Of a stretch of 64,000 nt of DNA, positions 63,491 through 64,000 are shown piece by piece (position 1 is the first letter of the stretch; the number at the start of each line of letters is the position of its first letter). Origin of the DNA: Anthoceros angustus (taxonomy: Eukaryota; Plantae; Anthocerotophyta); NCBI GenBank assembly GCA_010909165.1, contig VJWM01000172.1, positions 186,001-250,000 on the forward strand, read 5' to 3'. The notes beneath the pieces are model-generated. The model was not told the DNA's origin and searched no databases. It saw only the letters and a program-made list of their open reading frames with translations. A program made the position numbers and the translations under genes.

Positions 63491-63879
63491 ACGTTCCAGA
63501 AGCTTTTCACTTCCTATATGATGTTTTGTTTGGTCTAGTGGACTATAATGGACTTCTTTTTCTTCTTCTTTTTCTTCTAGCAGTGGGGACCACTTTGGAA
63601 TCCCTTGTATAGATTAGATTAGAAGGAAGAAATGTACTAATGTATATGCATGTTGTTTGTATATGTATATGACTGTTATAGGGAGATAATTGTACTTACA
63701 GAAATGGTGGGACGAACCTGGGGTTGAGGCTTGGTGAGAGAGAAGGAGCAAGGTGGTATTTTCTAGGGCTGGGATTGTTAGAGCCTGTTGCTAACTGCTG
63801 ATGCGAAGGAGGAGGGAAGGAAGGAAGGAAGAGGAGACACGAGGAGGAGGGCGCGGGAGACCGAAAGCAGGCAGGCGAC

Positions 63880-64000
63880 ATGGTGGATCCTGTGGCCGTG
63901 TCGGAGGAAGCGCTGCTGAAGGAGTTTTTCGCGGAGGTGAGCGAGGTGGAGCGGGACAACGAGGTGGTGCGGGTGCTGTCTTGTTTCAAGCTGAATCCGT
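63880..64000 (+). CDS. DNAJC8: J-domain protein DNAJC8/Spf31-like, N-terminus (runs off the window)
   Basis: MVDPVAVSEEALLKEFFAEVSEVERDNEVVRVLSCFKLNP matches the plant DNAJC8-type N-terminus as I recall it. Confidence 0.8.
   Translation, partial: MVDPVAVSEEALLKEFFAEVSEVERDNEVVRVLSCFKLNP

Overview
Eukaryotic nuclear DNA from a gene-dense land plant. Introns are short (mostly 80-150 nt); a seed-free lineage such as a hornwort is my guess from gene density, intron size and gene content, not an identification. A compact core (about 10.8-48.5 kb) holds V-ATPase subunit a, RNA polymerase II second-largest subunit (RPB2) copy 1, AIM24-like, a PqaA/AprA-like secreted hydrolase, an orphan coiled-coil ORF, a CRAL-TRIO protein, katanin p60-like (CCP1/KATNAL2), a renalase-like FAD oxidoreductase, LYRM7/MZM1, nardilysin-like, a small Cys-rich membrane protein, an F-box/kelch protein and a CIPK. 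The flanks are repeat- and TE-rich. They contain two decayed CRE-like RT+RLE non-LTR retrotransposons, a second RPB2 and the start of a DNAJC8-like gene. Main leads: (1) two full-length, completely intronless Pol II RPB2 paralogs about 37.5 kb apart, with diverged silent sites and different promoter types; (2) an intron-rich PqaA/AprA-family gene, a family I do not know from model angiosperms; (3) a stem-loop plus polyA-like signal shared by the 3' UTRs of both CRE-like elements, one of which has its C-terminal ~985 bp triplicated; (4) a reconstructable duplication-deletion event at 21.5-30.3 kb; (5) an intronless divergent CIPK and a small TSD-flanked retroposed insert; (6) a U12-type intron. 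All coordinates and alignments were read by eye; no searches were run.
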